Shown piece after piece: positions 1-6,285 of a stretch of 9,204 nucleotides of DNA. The notes under the pieces are model-generated. The model saw only the letters and a list, made by a program, of their open reading frames with translations, was not told where the DNA came from and ran no database searches. Each line of letters starts with the position of its first letter. Positions within the stretch are counted from its first letter, which is position 1. The position numbers and the translations under genes were made by a program. The DNA is from Candidatus Iainarchaeum sp. (GTDB lineage Archaea; Iainarchaeota; Iainarchaeia; Iainarchaeales; DTGL01): positions 1 through 9,204 of the forward strand of contig JAVYME010000041.1 of the NCBI GenBank assembly GCA_038736825.1. Reading direction: 5' to 3'.

Positions 1-11
1 GCAATGCTTTT

Positions 12-2300
12 ATGGCATTAGTGCTTTTCATTCTCTTGTTGCTCTCGCTTGCGCTCAGCCCTTTTTGGCATTCTCTGGCGAAAAGGCAGGAAAGCATTTC
101 TTATTCTCTTTACTCTTATGACAGGCAGTTCACTGAAGGTGGCAATGCGTGCTTTTCGCTTGAAATAATTGCAAGCAATGTGCTTGGAGAAAAGAAGGAA
201 AACCTGCTGGTTTCAGTGGCAGGCAAAAATGTTTTGGCTGAAAGGATTGAAATCTCGGAAAACAGCGTAAAAGAACACTGCTTTTCAACACAAAATCTTG
301 GACAAAAAAACCTGGTTGAAATTTTTATTGGAAATGAACGGCTCTTTTATTCCCTTGAAAAAACAGAAACAAGGACAACTTTAATTCCAGTGGTTTCAAT
401 TGAAGGGGTTTCAATCCTTGATGGCAGCAAAGCCGAATTAAGGTTTTCTGCAAAAAACCTTCCGGATTGGAAGGCTGTTCCAATAGAGGTTTTTGTGAAC
501 GGTCAGCTGGATCACCGCTTTTTCCCTGAAAAAGGCAGGGAAGCGTTTTCGGAAAAAATTTTTTTGGGAGAAGGCTTGAATTCAATAAAGGTTTCGGTTT
601 TGGGGGTTTCAGCTGAAACAAGCGTCAACCATGAAAAACCTTTCACTTTGCCTTTTTGGGCCGGCATTTTCCTTTTATGCCTTGTTTTTTTTGTGCTTGA
701 ATCTTTTGTTTTTGGAAAGCATGGCTTTATAGGGGGAACAGCGCTTTCGCTGGCAGGGATTGTGGCAATTTTTATTGCAAATGCTTTTTTATTGAATCTT
801 TTTTCAGCCATAAGTTCTTTTTCCTTTACTGTGCTTTTGCTGGCTGAAACTGCAATCATTGTTTTTTGTTTTAAGAAAAACTTTTCACTAAAATTTTTTG
901 AACTGAAAAAGGATTCTGTCAGCCTGATTGAAATCATTCTATTGCTTTTTTTTGCTTTTGCCACTTTGTGCCTTCCCTTGTTAATGTCATCACACCAGAG
1001 CCCTTGGAGTGTTTACTATGAAAGGCATGCAAATTCTGTTGCAGAGGGCTTTGGCATTCCTTTAAATGATGAATTCAGTTATCTTGGAAGGCCTTTTTCT
1101 TTTGTGCCAGGTTATTTTCTTTTCAGTGGCGGAATTTACTGGTTGACTGGCGCGCTCGGAATTCAATTGTTTGCAATCACAATCGCCTTTTCCAATCTTT
1201 TGCTCTTGTTTTCTGGATTGTTTTTTGCTTCAAGAATTGGCTTGAAAAGAAACCAGGCTGCGCTTTTCGTGCTTTTCCTTTCAATGAGCACTCTTGTCTT
1301 TACAACTATCACTATAACGCCAAGGCATGGCATTGCGCTTTCACTTTTATTGGTTTCTCTTGGATTGTTGTTTGGAAAGGAAAAATTTTGGCATTCATCG
1401 GTTTTTTTGGCAGCCGGCCTTGCAGTGCAAATGCCTTTAGCGCTGTTTTATCCTTTGACTGCCTTTTTTGCAATGCCAAAACCTGATTTTAAAAAAACAA
1501 TTGCAGCGCTTTTTTGCGGTATTGCGTTTTTCCTGCCTTTTATTTTTTTCATGGTTAGTGTTAGTGGGATGCCTTCACAGGCAGTGCCACGCCTTTGGGG
1601 TTATCTTGCGCCTATCCCATTGCATGGTTTGTTCCAAAACCCCGGGTTGCTTTTCTTTTTCTTTTGCTTTTTTGTTTTGTTTGAAGCCTTTAAACACTTG
1701 TTTGAAAAGATTGAATGGGATTCTTTGAGAAAAAGGCTTTTTTTGGGAGTGCTTTTTTCATGCCTTTTGCAGGTTTTTGTCAGTTCAAGGGCTGATCTTT
1801 CCAGTGCTGTGCTAATTGCTTGTTTTCTTTCTTGTTCCATGCAAAAATATGAAAAAGAGCTGTCAAACCTTGCGTTTTTCTTTTTTGGGCTTATTCTGCT
1901 TTCAGGGATAGCGATTGCAATAATTTTGGAACCACAATTTGTTTTTTCGCAATCCCAAAGTGACGCTTTGAAGGCTTTAAGGCAGAATTCTTCCACTGAA
2001 AGCAGGGTTTTATGCGATCCCTATTATGGGCACAAAATTGCTTTTGAAAGCCAGCGCGCAACCCTTGCAGATTTGATGGTGGAATACGCTGATTCTGAAA
2101 AGCTTTCAGATTCCTACAAATTTTTGGATTCTGGCAATAAGGCGATTCTTGAAAAATACGGCATTTCACTTGTTTTTGCGGAAAACCACGCTATTTACCG
2201 GCATTCGTTTGAAATTGAAACTTTTTCTGAAGCCCTTGAGTTTCGTGAAATGGACAAGGTTTTCACTAATAATCGCTTTTCAATTCACAGAAAGCGCTGA
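12..2300 (+). CDS. Polytopic membrane protein, STT3/AglB-like GT-C glycosyltransferase (divergent), with an N-terminal anchor plus a tandem beta-sandwich-like ectodomain
   Basis: The 762-codon ORF starts at ATG 12 and ends at TGA 2298-2300. It begins with a hydrophobic N-terminal anchor (ALVLFILLLLSLALSPF). Residues ~40-205 form two similar beta-rich segments, followed by about a dozen or more hydrophobic helices. Residues 330-367 (SPWSVYYERH..NDEFSYLGRPFSFVPGY) resemble the STT3 first external loop (DPWFNYR..DD..WYPLGR..YPG). Residues 651-687 (DALKALRQNSSTESRVLCDPYYGHKIAFESQRATLAD) align without gaps, by eye, to the STT3 segment around WWDYG. The tail FLDSGNKAILEKYGISLVF resembles the short AglB C-terminal domain. 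There is no in-frame stop between the window edge and ATG 12, so the true start could lie upstream. Confidence 0.6.
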   Translation: MALVLFILLLLSLALSPFWHSLAKRQESISYSLYSYDRQFTEGGNACFSLEIIASNVLGEKKENLLVSVAGKNVLAERIEISENSVKEHCFSTQNLGQKNLVEIFIGNERLFYSLEKTETRTTLIPVVSIEGVSILDGSKAELRFSAKNLPDWKAVPIEVFVNGQLDHRFFPEKGREAFSEKIFLGEGLNSIKVSVLGVSAETSVNHEKPFTLPFWAGIFLLCLVFFVLESFVFGKHGFIGGTALSLAGIVAIFIANAFLLNLFSAISSFSFTVLLLAETAIIVFCFKKNFSLKFFELKKDSVSLIEIILLLFFAFATLCLPLLMSSHQSPWSVYYERHANSVAEGFGIPLNDEFSYLGRPFSFVPGYFLFSGGIYWLTGALGIQLFAITIAFSNLLLLFSGLFFASRIGLKRNQAALFVLFLSMSTLVFTTITITPRHGIALSLLLVSLGLLFGKEKFWHSSVFLAAGLAVQMPLALFYPLTAFFAMPKPDFKKTIAALFCGIAFFLPFIFFMVSVSGMPSQAVPRLWGYLAPIPLHGLFQNPGLLFFFFCFFVLFEAFKHLFEKIEWDSLRKRLFLGVLFSCLLQVFVSSRADLSSAVLIACFLSCSMQKYEKELSNLAFFFFGLILLSGIAIAIILEPQFVFSQSQSDALKALRQNSSTESRVLCDPYYGHKIAFESQRATLADLMVEYADSEKLSDSYKFLDSGNKAILEKYGISLVFAENHAIYRHSFEIETFSEALEFREMDKVFTNNRFSIHRKR

Positions 2301-2304
2301 ATTC

Positions 2305-2312
2305 AAAAAAAA
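2305..2312 (-). terminator. Oligo-T tract (T8 on the minus strand) directly after the ATPase stop codon
   Basis: A plus-strand A8 run at 2305-2312 lies 3-10 nt downstream of the minus-strand TAA at 2315-2317. Oligo-T tracts are the usual archaeal termination signal. It sits in a 14-nt spacer between convergent genes. Confidence 0.4.
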
Positions 2313-2314
2313 GT

Positions 2315-3610
2315 TTAGTCTGTGAACGCTGTCGCTGTAACACCTGCATCCCAAGAAAACCTCGGACGCATTCTCACAAACCAGAGTTTTTCACTGTTGT
2401 CATCCAAAATCAGTGCAAACCCCTTGCCTTTCGGCATTTCATCATAGTATTTGTCAAAGCCCTTGTACATATAGCTCGGCCTCATTGCTTCAACCGCTTG
2501 AATGTCTGATTGTGCTGTTAGGCGGTGGGAAATGAACAAATCGCACTGTGAAATGCAGTCGGGATGCAGTTTTTCAGGTCTTTGTGTTGCAAGCACCAGG
2601 CTTAAGCCCGGCTGTCTTCCAACGCGCACCCATTCAAGCAAAACAGTGAGTGCAATGTTTTGTTCGTCTTTTGGCATGAACATGTGGGCTTCGTCTACAA
2701 ACATCCAGACAATAGGCATTTCGCTTTCCCTTCTTTCCCCTTTTATTAGTTTGACTTCCTCTTCTTTTCTGAAAAGCATTCTTTCCTCGAACAGTTTTTT
2801 TCCAAGCAATGCGACAATTATGTCTCTTGTTCCCTCCATTCCGATTGCCTGCCTGTAAGCGGAAACATCAATTATTGTGATTACTCCTGCTTTCGCTATT
2901 TCGCTGACCCTGGTGCCAGTCTTTTCAATCAACCCCCATTCTTTTGCAATCTTGAGCCTGTTTATCAGGGATTGTTTTGCTATTGGGTCTGCTTCCGGAT
3001 CATCCTGTGCTGCCTTGATTATTTCGTCAATGCCATAATATGTTCCAACCTGTTCTTTCAATCTTTCCACAACCCTTGTCACAAGCACTCCTTCTGGATC
3101 AGACCAAGTGAGCCTGAACAAGGCCATCCATTCAATGCCTGAGAGTTCTGCTGCTTTAAGGGTGAAGGAGCCGTCTATTGGAACGCCCTTGCTCTTGTAA
3201 AAATCTATTTTTCCAGCTGGCACTAAAACTCTTGCGTTAGTGCTTTGAGGCTCCAAATCCCATTGCCTTAAAAGGTCTGTTCTCAAGCGGTTTGGAATTT
3301 TAAGCGACCAAAAAATTCCGACAGTGTCTATTACTATTACAGAAATACGGTTTTGCAATGCAACTGGAAGGCGAGCGAACTCTTCTATTAACACTGCCAT
3401 GGAATAGCTTTTGCCATATCCTCTTTTTCCGCAAATCAGTATAACATGTGGCTCTGCCATGTCTATTCTGATCTTTCTTCCAAGAACCGGGTTTTCGCCG
3501 CTTGACATTACGACTTTTCCAATATAGCCTGTGCCCTGTGATCCATACTTGTCTATGTCTTTTTGCTGGCGTCCTACAATTGATTCCTGTGCAGCTAAAT
3601 CTATTGGCAT
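2315..3610 (-). CDS. HerA/FtsK-superfamily P-loop ATPase (DUF87-type), 431 aa
   Basis: It has Walker A GKRGYGKS (nt 3407-3430), Walker B IVWMFVDEAHMF and the ATQRP motif typical of HerA/FtsK ATPases. I place the start at ATG 3610-3608 (MPIDLAAQ..). The track's 49 extra N-terminal codons (3611-3757) are low-complexity, run through the TATA box and overlap the divergent gene. Confidence 0.8.
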   Translation of the reverse strand: MPIDLAAQESIVGRQQKDIDKYGSQGTGYIGKVVMSSGENPVLGRKIRIDMAEPHVILICGKRGYGKSYSMAVLIEEFARLPVALQNRISVIVIDTVGIFWSLKIPNRLRTDLLRQWDLEPQSTNARVLVPAGKIDFYKSKGVPIDGSFTLKAAELSGIEWMALFRLTWSDPEGVLVTRVVERLKEQVGTYYGIDEIIKAAQDDPEADPIAKQSLINRLKIAKEWGLIEKTGTRVSEIAKAGVITIIDVSAYRQAIGMEGTRDIIVALLGKKLFEERMLFRKEEEVKLIKGERRESEMPIVWMFVDEAHMFMPKDEQNIALTVLLEWVRVGRQPGLSLVLATQRPEKLHPDCISQCDLFISHRLTAQSDIQAVEAMRPSYMYKGFDKYYDEMPKGKGFALILDDNSEKLWFVRMRPRFSWDAGVTATAFTD

Positions 3611-3638
3611 TGTCTCTGAGATAGATAAAAGTATTAGG

Positions 3639-3650
3639 TTATTTAAATGT
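3639..3650. promoter_or_regulatory. Palindromic TATA box (ATTTAAAT), possibly shared by the two divergent genes
   Basis: ATTTAAAT at 3641-3648 reads as TTTAAAT(A)-type TATA on both strands. Its proximal edge is ~30 nt from the ATPase ATG at 3610 (short or no leader) and ~50 nt from ATG 3699. The latter is preceded by GGGTG (3688-3692), an SD-like site 6 nt upstream. Confidence 0.4.
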
Positions 3651-3698
3651 TTTATGCCTAAATAGAAAACCTTTTTAGGCAAAAAAAGGGTGCTTTTC

Positions 3699-4169
3699 AT
3701 GACTGATTTGGCTGAAAGGGAAAGGCAGTTAAGGGAGCATCTCAGCCTGATAGACAAGCAAATTGCCAGGTTTGAGTACTTAAAGAGTGTTCTTCAAGCA
3801 AAAATGGATGCAATAAGGGAGGAAATCACAAAGCATTCTTTTTCTCCAACTCCAATCAGCTTGAAGCCTGATCCCTCTTTTGAAGGGGATGTTTACACTG
3901 AAATACAAAAGCATCTCTTGGAGCTCAATAAAATGAAAAACTATTTGAGCATTAAATTGAAGGAAGTCATTCAAGAGGAAGAGCTTCTTGCCTCTTTGCA
4001 GGGAAAGTTTGGAAAAAACATCACTTTTGAAAAGCCACAGCACGGAGAATTTGAAATTGTTTTCAGTGATGAAAAAATAAAAGAAGCCTTGGATGAATTG
4101 AACAAGGGCAAGAGTGCAATAAAAATGGTTAGGGAGTCCCTCGCGGAATTAAAGGGAAAAGAAGCATAG
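3699..4169 (+). CDS. Hypothetical 156-aa predicted coiled-coil protein
   Basis: The ORF ends at TAG 4167-4169. I prefer ATG 3699 (MTDLAERE..) to the track's GTG 3690 because of the GGGTG SD spacing. Heptad-like, charged, Leu/Glu/Lys-rich N- and C-terminal segments flank a Pro/Ser linker and a short beta-like stretch (GEFEIVF). I recognise no family motif. A T5 run at 4179-4183 follows the stop. Confidence 0.55.
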   Translation: MTDLAERERQLREHLSLIDKQIARFEYLKSVLQAKMDAIREEITKHSFSPTPISLKPDPSFEGDVYTEIQKHLLELNKMKNYLSIKLKEVIQEEELLASLQGKFGKNITFEKPQHGEFEIVFSDEKIKEALDELNKGKSAIKMVRESLAELKGKEA

Positions 4170-4215
4170 CCCCCAATATTTTTAAAGCAAAAGCCTAGTT
4201 TTATCTCAAGCGCGT

Positions 4216-4370
4216 TTTAAAGGGGGCTGGGGAATTTCTTCCCCAAAATTAGCATCAAATTTTTTTTGAAAGTGGTTGGGGCAAAGGAGGAGGGAAGAGC
4301 ATATTGAAAGCCGCTTTAGGGGGCTTTTTGGCTTTAGTGCTCTTTTGCAGAAAAGAGAAGGGTGGTTGGG
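4216..4370. repeat. Two degenerate units, each TTTA(A)AGGGGGCT, then a hairpin, then GTGGTTGGG, in a convergent intergenic spacer
   Basis: AGGGGGCT occurs at 4221-4228 and 4318-4325. GTGGTTGGG occurs at 4272-4280 and 4362-4370. Hairpin GGGGAA-tttc-TTCCCC lies at 4229-4244 and hairpin CTCTTTT-gcag-AAAAGAG at 4340-4357. AGCCCCC at 4168-4174 is complementary to both GGGGGCT copies. Confidence 0.35.
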
Positions 4371-4408
4371 TTTTTTCCCTTTTCCTGCGAGTGTTGAGAC
4401 CAAGGGGG

Positions 4409-4894
4409 TTATTTCCTTGCCATGTAGAGCACTTTTCTGCCAGAGCGGACTTTCCTTAAATGCCCTTCCCTGAATAGCTTGTTTAAGCGCTGGCTTGCAG
4501 CATTCTTGCCCTTGTATGAAAGCGCTTCCATGATTTGGCTTGCTTCAGCCATTCCTTTTTGTTCCACGAAATCAAGGATGCGCTGGTCTGTTTCGGGCAA
4601 GATTTCAATGCTTTTTTGCACCTCCTCTATTCCAACTGGTTCTGTTTTTGTTTCCCGATTCTGCAATTGCAAAAACATTTTTTCGAATTTTTCGTTTAAT
4701 TCTTGGAATAACTTGTTTGTTTTTTCTCTTTCTTGGGCGAGAGCGAAAAGCAGAACGCTTAAGGTTAGTGGATCGCTTGAAACCTTTGCAATCTCTCTAA
4801 TGTCGGTTGTGTGTTTTGCAAATTCTGGGTTTAAGCGCTTTACAACTTCGTCAAGGTTTTGCTCTTGCTTTTTGATGGAATCATATTCAGTCAT
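4409..4894 (-). CDS. Winged helix-turn-helix transcriptional regulator (MarR/TrmB-like C-terminal wHTH) with an N-terminal helical domain, 161 aa
   Basis: The ORF runs from ATG 4894-4892 to TAA 4411-4409. The C-terminal segment LPETDQRILDFVEQKGMAEASQIMEALSYKGKNAASQRLNKLFREGHLRKVRSGRKVLY has the helix-turn-helix plus basic wing pattern of archaeal wHTH regulators. The N-terminal ~95 aa is helical and charged. Confidence 0.7.
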   Translation of the reverse strand: MTEYDSIKKQEQNLDEVVKRLNPEFAKHTTDIREIAKVSSDPLTLSVLLFALAQEREKTNKLFQELNEKFEKMFLQLQNRETKTEPVGIEEVQKSIEILPETDQRILDFVEQKGMAEASQIMEALSYKGKNAASQRLNKLFREGHLRKVRSGRKVLYMARK

Positions 4895-4898
4895 GTAG

Positions 4899-4927
4899 TA
4901 TCATGATATAATCATGATATTTAAATA
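4899..4927 (-). promoter_or_regulatory. TATA box plus two tandem palindromic operator-like sites upstream of the wHTH gene
   Basis: The minus-strand TTTAAATA is the reverse complement of plus-strand 4918-4925, about 25-30 nt from the ATG, which implies a leaderless or near-leaderless mRNA. Palindrome ATCATGAT occurs at 4900-4907 (extended as TATCATGATA at 4899-4908) and at 4911-4918, 11 bp centre to centre, between the TATA and the start codon. Confidence 0.5.
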
Positions 4928-4944
4928 CTTTTCGGTTTCGGGCT

Positions 4945-4968
4945 GCAAACAACCCAGAAAACCAGAAT
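4945..4968. other. Stem-loop with an 8-bp perfect stem in an ORF-free spacer
   Basis: CAGAAAAC (4945-4952) pairs with GTTTTCTG (4961-4968) around the 8-nt loop cagaatta. It lies between the alba terminator and the wHTH promoter. Confidence 0.3.
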
Positions 4969-5063
4969 TAGTTTTCTGAATGCCTTTAAAAAAGCATAAA
5001 TATTACGCTTTACCCTTATTTAAACCTTTTCCCAAAAGCGAAAAAAAAAACGCAAAACCATTT

Positions 5064-5103
5064 AAAAAAATAAAAAAAAGAGGCAAAAGATAGCCTTTTG
5101 CCT
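5064..5103 (-). terminator. Hairpin plus oligo-T terminator downstream of alba
   Basis: AGGCAAAAG (5081-5089) pairs with CTTTTGCCT (5095-5103), giving a 9-bp stem and 5-nt loop that begins 3 nt after the alba stop. On the minus strand it is followed by T8 (5072-5079) and T7 (5064-5070). On the plus strand the same hairpin is followed by T5 (5109-5113), so it may act in both directions. Confidence 0.6.
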
Positions 5104-5105
5104 GC

Positions 5106-5378
5106 TTATTTTTCTATTCTGATTTCTATTGCAGATACCTTGAGAGGCTTTCCGTCTTCAGCACTGATTTCTTCAGTAGAGGTAGTTATTGAAGAGATTC
5201 TGGCTTCATTCAAGAATTTGTGCCTCACTATTTCCACGACATCAACTGCTCTGCTGATTGCTTTGCCTCTTGCTTTTACAACCACCTCTTTTGCCCCTTG
5301 ATTCATTTGTGTGACAACAGCCAGCACATAAGCCATTGTCCCCTTTTTTCCCACGAAAACTACGTTGTCTTCTGCCAT
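5106..5378 (-). CDS. albA: Alba (Sso10b/Sac10b family) DNA/RNA-binding chromatin protein, 90 aa
   Basis: The sequence [55 protein letters not shown]...[10 protein letters not shown] matches the Alba consensus along its full length (N-V-hh-h-G-K-K, ARG-AIS-AVD-VEIVR, IEI at the C-terminus). The size is typical. It runs from ATG 5378-5376 to TAA 5108-5106. Confidence 0.93.
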   Translation of the reverse strand: MAEDNVVFVGKKGTMAYVLAVVTQMNQGAKEVVVKARGKAISRAVDVVEIVRHKFLNEARISSITTSTEEISAEDGKPLKVSAIEIRIEK

Positions 5379-5384
5379 TCCAAT

Positions 5385-5390
5385 ACCTCC
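5385..5390 (-). promoter_or_regulatory. Shine-Dalgarno site (GGAGGT) for alba
   Basis: Plus-strand ACCTCC at 5385-5390 reads GGAGGT on the minus strand, 6 nt upstream of the alba ATG, and is complementary to the archaeal 16S 3' end. Confidence 0.6.
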
Positions 5391-5451
5391 TTGCTAAATC
5401 ACTGAAATTGAGCGTAATTTTGTCATCTAGTGCTTTTTTGTTCAAACTGTT

Positions 5452-6285
5452 TCAGCGCATGTATTTGATAGTGTTTCTGAGAATTCTTGGAGTTTCACCC
5501 GGGTCATAGTTGAAGTATATGCACTTGCCAAGCAATAGCGGTTTTTCCACTATTCCGGCATAATACCTTGTTGACTGAACATCCTTGATTGTTGCAATTT
5601 CGTTCCCTATAGGTGAAACAGGGAACACCTCTAGATAGAGATATGGTTCATCTCTAGTGGCCGGATATTTTTCTATCCCGAACATTATCTTGTGGTCAAA
5701 ATCAGCTCTCTCTATGTATGCAGTGACATTTACTGGAGTCACACAACTGGGGTCATTAGTTCTTGTGAAAACACAGTCCACTGGCACGATTTCTGAACCA
5801 AAGTTCGCCATCCAGCCAATTATTTCCGGAGCATCTGGATTGAGAATTCCTGAATTTTTGACTACCACGAGTTTTCCGCCCTTTGTCACATAACTGGAAA
5901 GAGCCTCTCCAACAGTGCTGGGCAATTCCTTGCTTCTCTGGTTTGATTGGTCCAGCCAAACAATGTCATACTGTGCAAGCTTTTCCTTTGCATTTGTGCT
6001 AAGAGATTCCTCATCCCTTATAACATACCTTACAATGTCCTGCGATTTGTCCAAAGCAGCAAGTGTTGCTTCGCTCGGGTTTCCAATAATAAGCATGGTT
6101 ACCGGTTTTTGGGGAGACACATAAGGGATTTCCCAAAATCCAAGCCAGCCCCCAGCTACAGCTGCAATTATTAAAATGAGGATTAAAGGAATAAGGCCCT
6201 CGAAATGGTAACTAAGCCTGGATTTGATTCCTCCACCGTATGCAGGGTATGCTGGTGGTGGTTCAGCGCCTTCATCTTCATACAT
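5452..6285 (-). CDS. Single-pass (type II-like) membrane protein with an extracytoplasmic alpha/beta domain; distant paralogue of 6519-7481; 277 aa
   Basis: I prefer ATG 6285-6283 (MYEDEG..) to the track's TTG 6312 because GGGAGTGAGAGGG lies immediately upstream as an SD-like site. It has a Pro-rich cytoplasmic tail, one TM helix (LIPLILILIIAAVAGGWLGFW) and then an ectodomain. The ectodomain pattern KP-x3-hIhG ... YDIVWLD ... LSSYVTKGGKLVVV resembles non-catalytic class I glutamine-amidotransferase-like/flavodoxin-like folds (ThuA/DUF4350/GldG-like). That fold call is inference only. Confidence 0.65.
   Translation of the reverse strand: MYEDEGAEPPPAYPAYGGGIKSRLSYHFEGLIPLILILIIAAVAGGWLGFWEIPYVSPQKPVTMLIIGNPSEATLAALDKSQDIVRYVIRDEESLSTNAKEKLAQYDIVWLDQSNQRSKELPSTVGEALSSYVTKGGKLVVVKNSGILNPDAPEIIGWMANFGSEIVPVDCVFTRTNDPSCVTPVNVTAYIERADFDHKIMFGIEKYPATRDEPYLYLEVFPVSPIGNEIATIKDVQSTRYYAGIVEKPLLLGKCIYFNYDPGETPRILRNTIKYMR

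Noticed and set aside
325-2169. Track ORFs 325..621(-), 512..964(-), 1468..1728(+), 1601..1996(-) and 1891..2169(-), all inside the 762-aa gene
   Set aside because: They are antisense or off-frame shadows of a Phe/Leu-rich membrane gene. Their translations are low-complexity and K/F-rich, they have no motifs, and they lie fully within a much longer coherent ORF.
3611-3757. The 49-codon N-terminal extension of the HerA-like ORF (MSIRLRCSLNCLSL..)
   Set aside because: It runs through the TATA box and overlaps the start of the divergent gene. It has no family-like sequence, and an ATG at 3610 gives a sensible N-terminus.
4168-4228. The AGCCCCC / GGGGGCT 7-bp long-range pairing, considered as a tRNA acceptor stem
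   Set aside because: The element totals only ~61 nt. It has no T-loop (GTTCRAnyC) or D-loop signatures and no cloverleaf arms. No tRNA-like T-arm sequence occurs anywhere in the spacers.
4206-4473. Track ORFs 4206..4403(-) and 4276..4473(+) in the convergent spacer
   Set aside because: Neither has an ATG with an SD or TATA context (the minus ORF starts on TTG). The composition is driven by the G/C-rich repeats. The apparent protein repeats (PNH, PLKR) merely mirror the DNA repeats. The plus ORF runs antisense into the wHTH gene. A tiny basic peptide cannot be strictly excluded.
2502-4898. Track ORFs 2502..2858(+), 3780..4043(-), 4479..4898(+) and 4540..4800(+)
   Set aside because: They are shadow ORFs opposite or off-frame to the ATPase, the coiled-coil gene and the wHTH gene. 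They are Ser/Phe/Cys-rich and low-complexity, with no start context.
5098-6174. Track ORFs 5098..5301(+), 5220..5405(+), 5242..5445(-), 5657..5893(+), 5756..5959(-), 5915..6124(+) and 5947..6174(+)
   Set aside because: They overlap alba or the 277-aa membrane protein in other frames or on the other strand, and they have no motifs. The overlapped genes are clearly the real ones.
6229-6264. The EPPPAYPAYGG segment in the cytoplasmic tail of the 277-aa membrane protein, which resembles a PPxY motif
   Set aside because: It is a very short, low-complexity match. PPxY/WW-domain biology is eukaryotic, and nothing in the window supports it.
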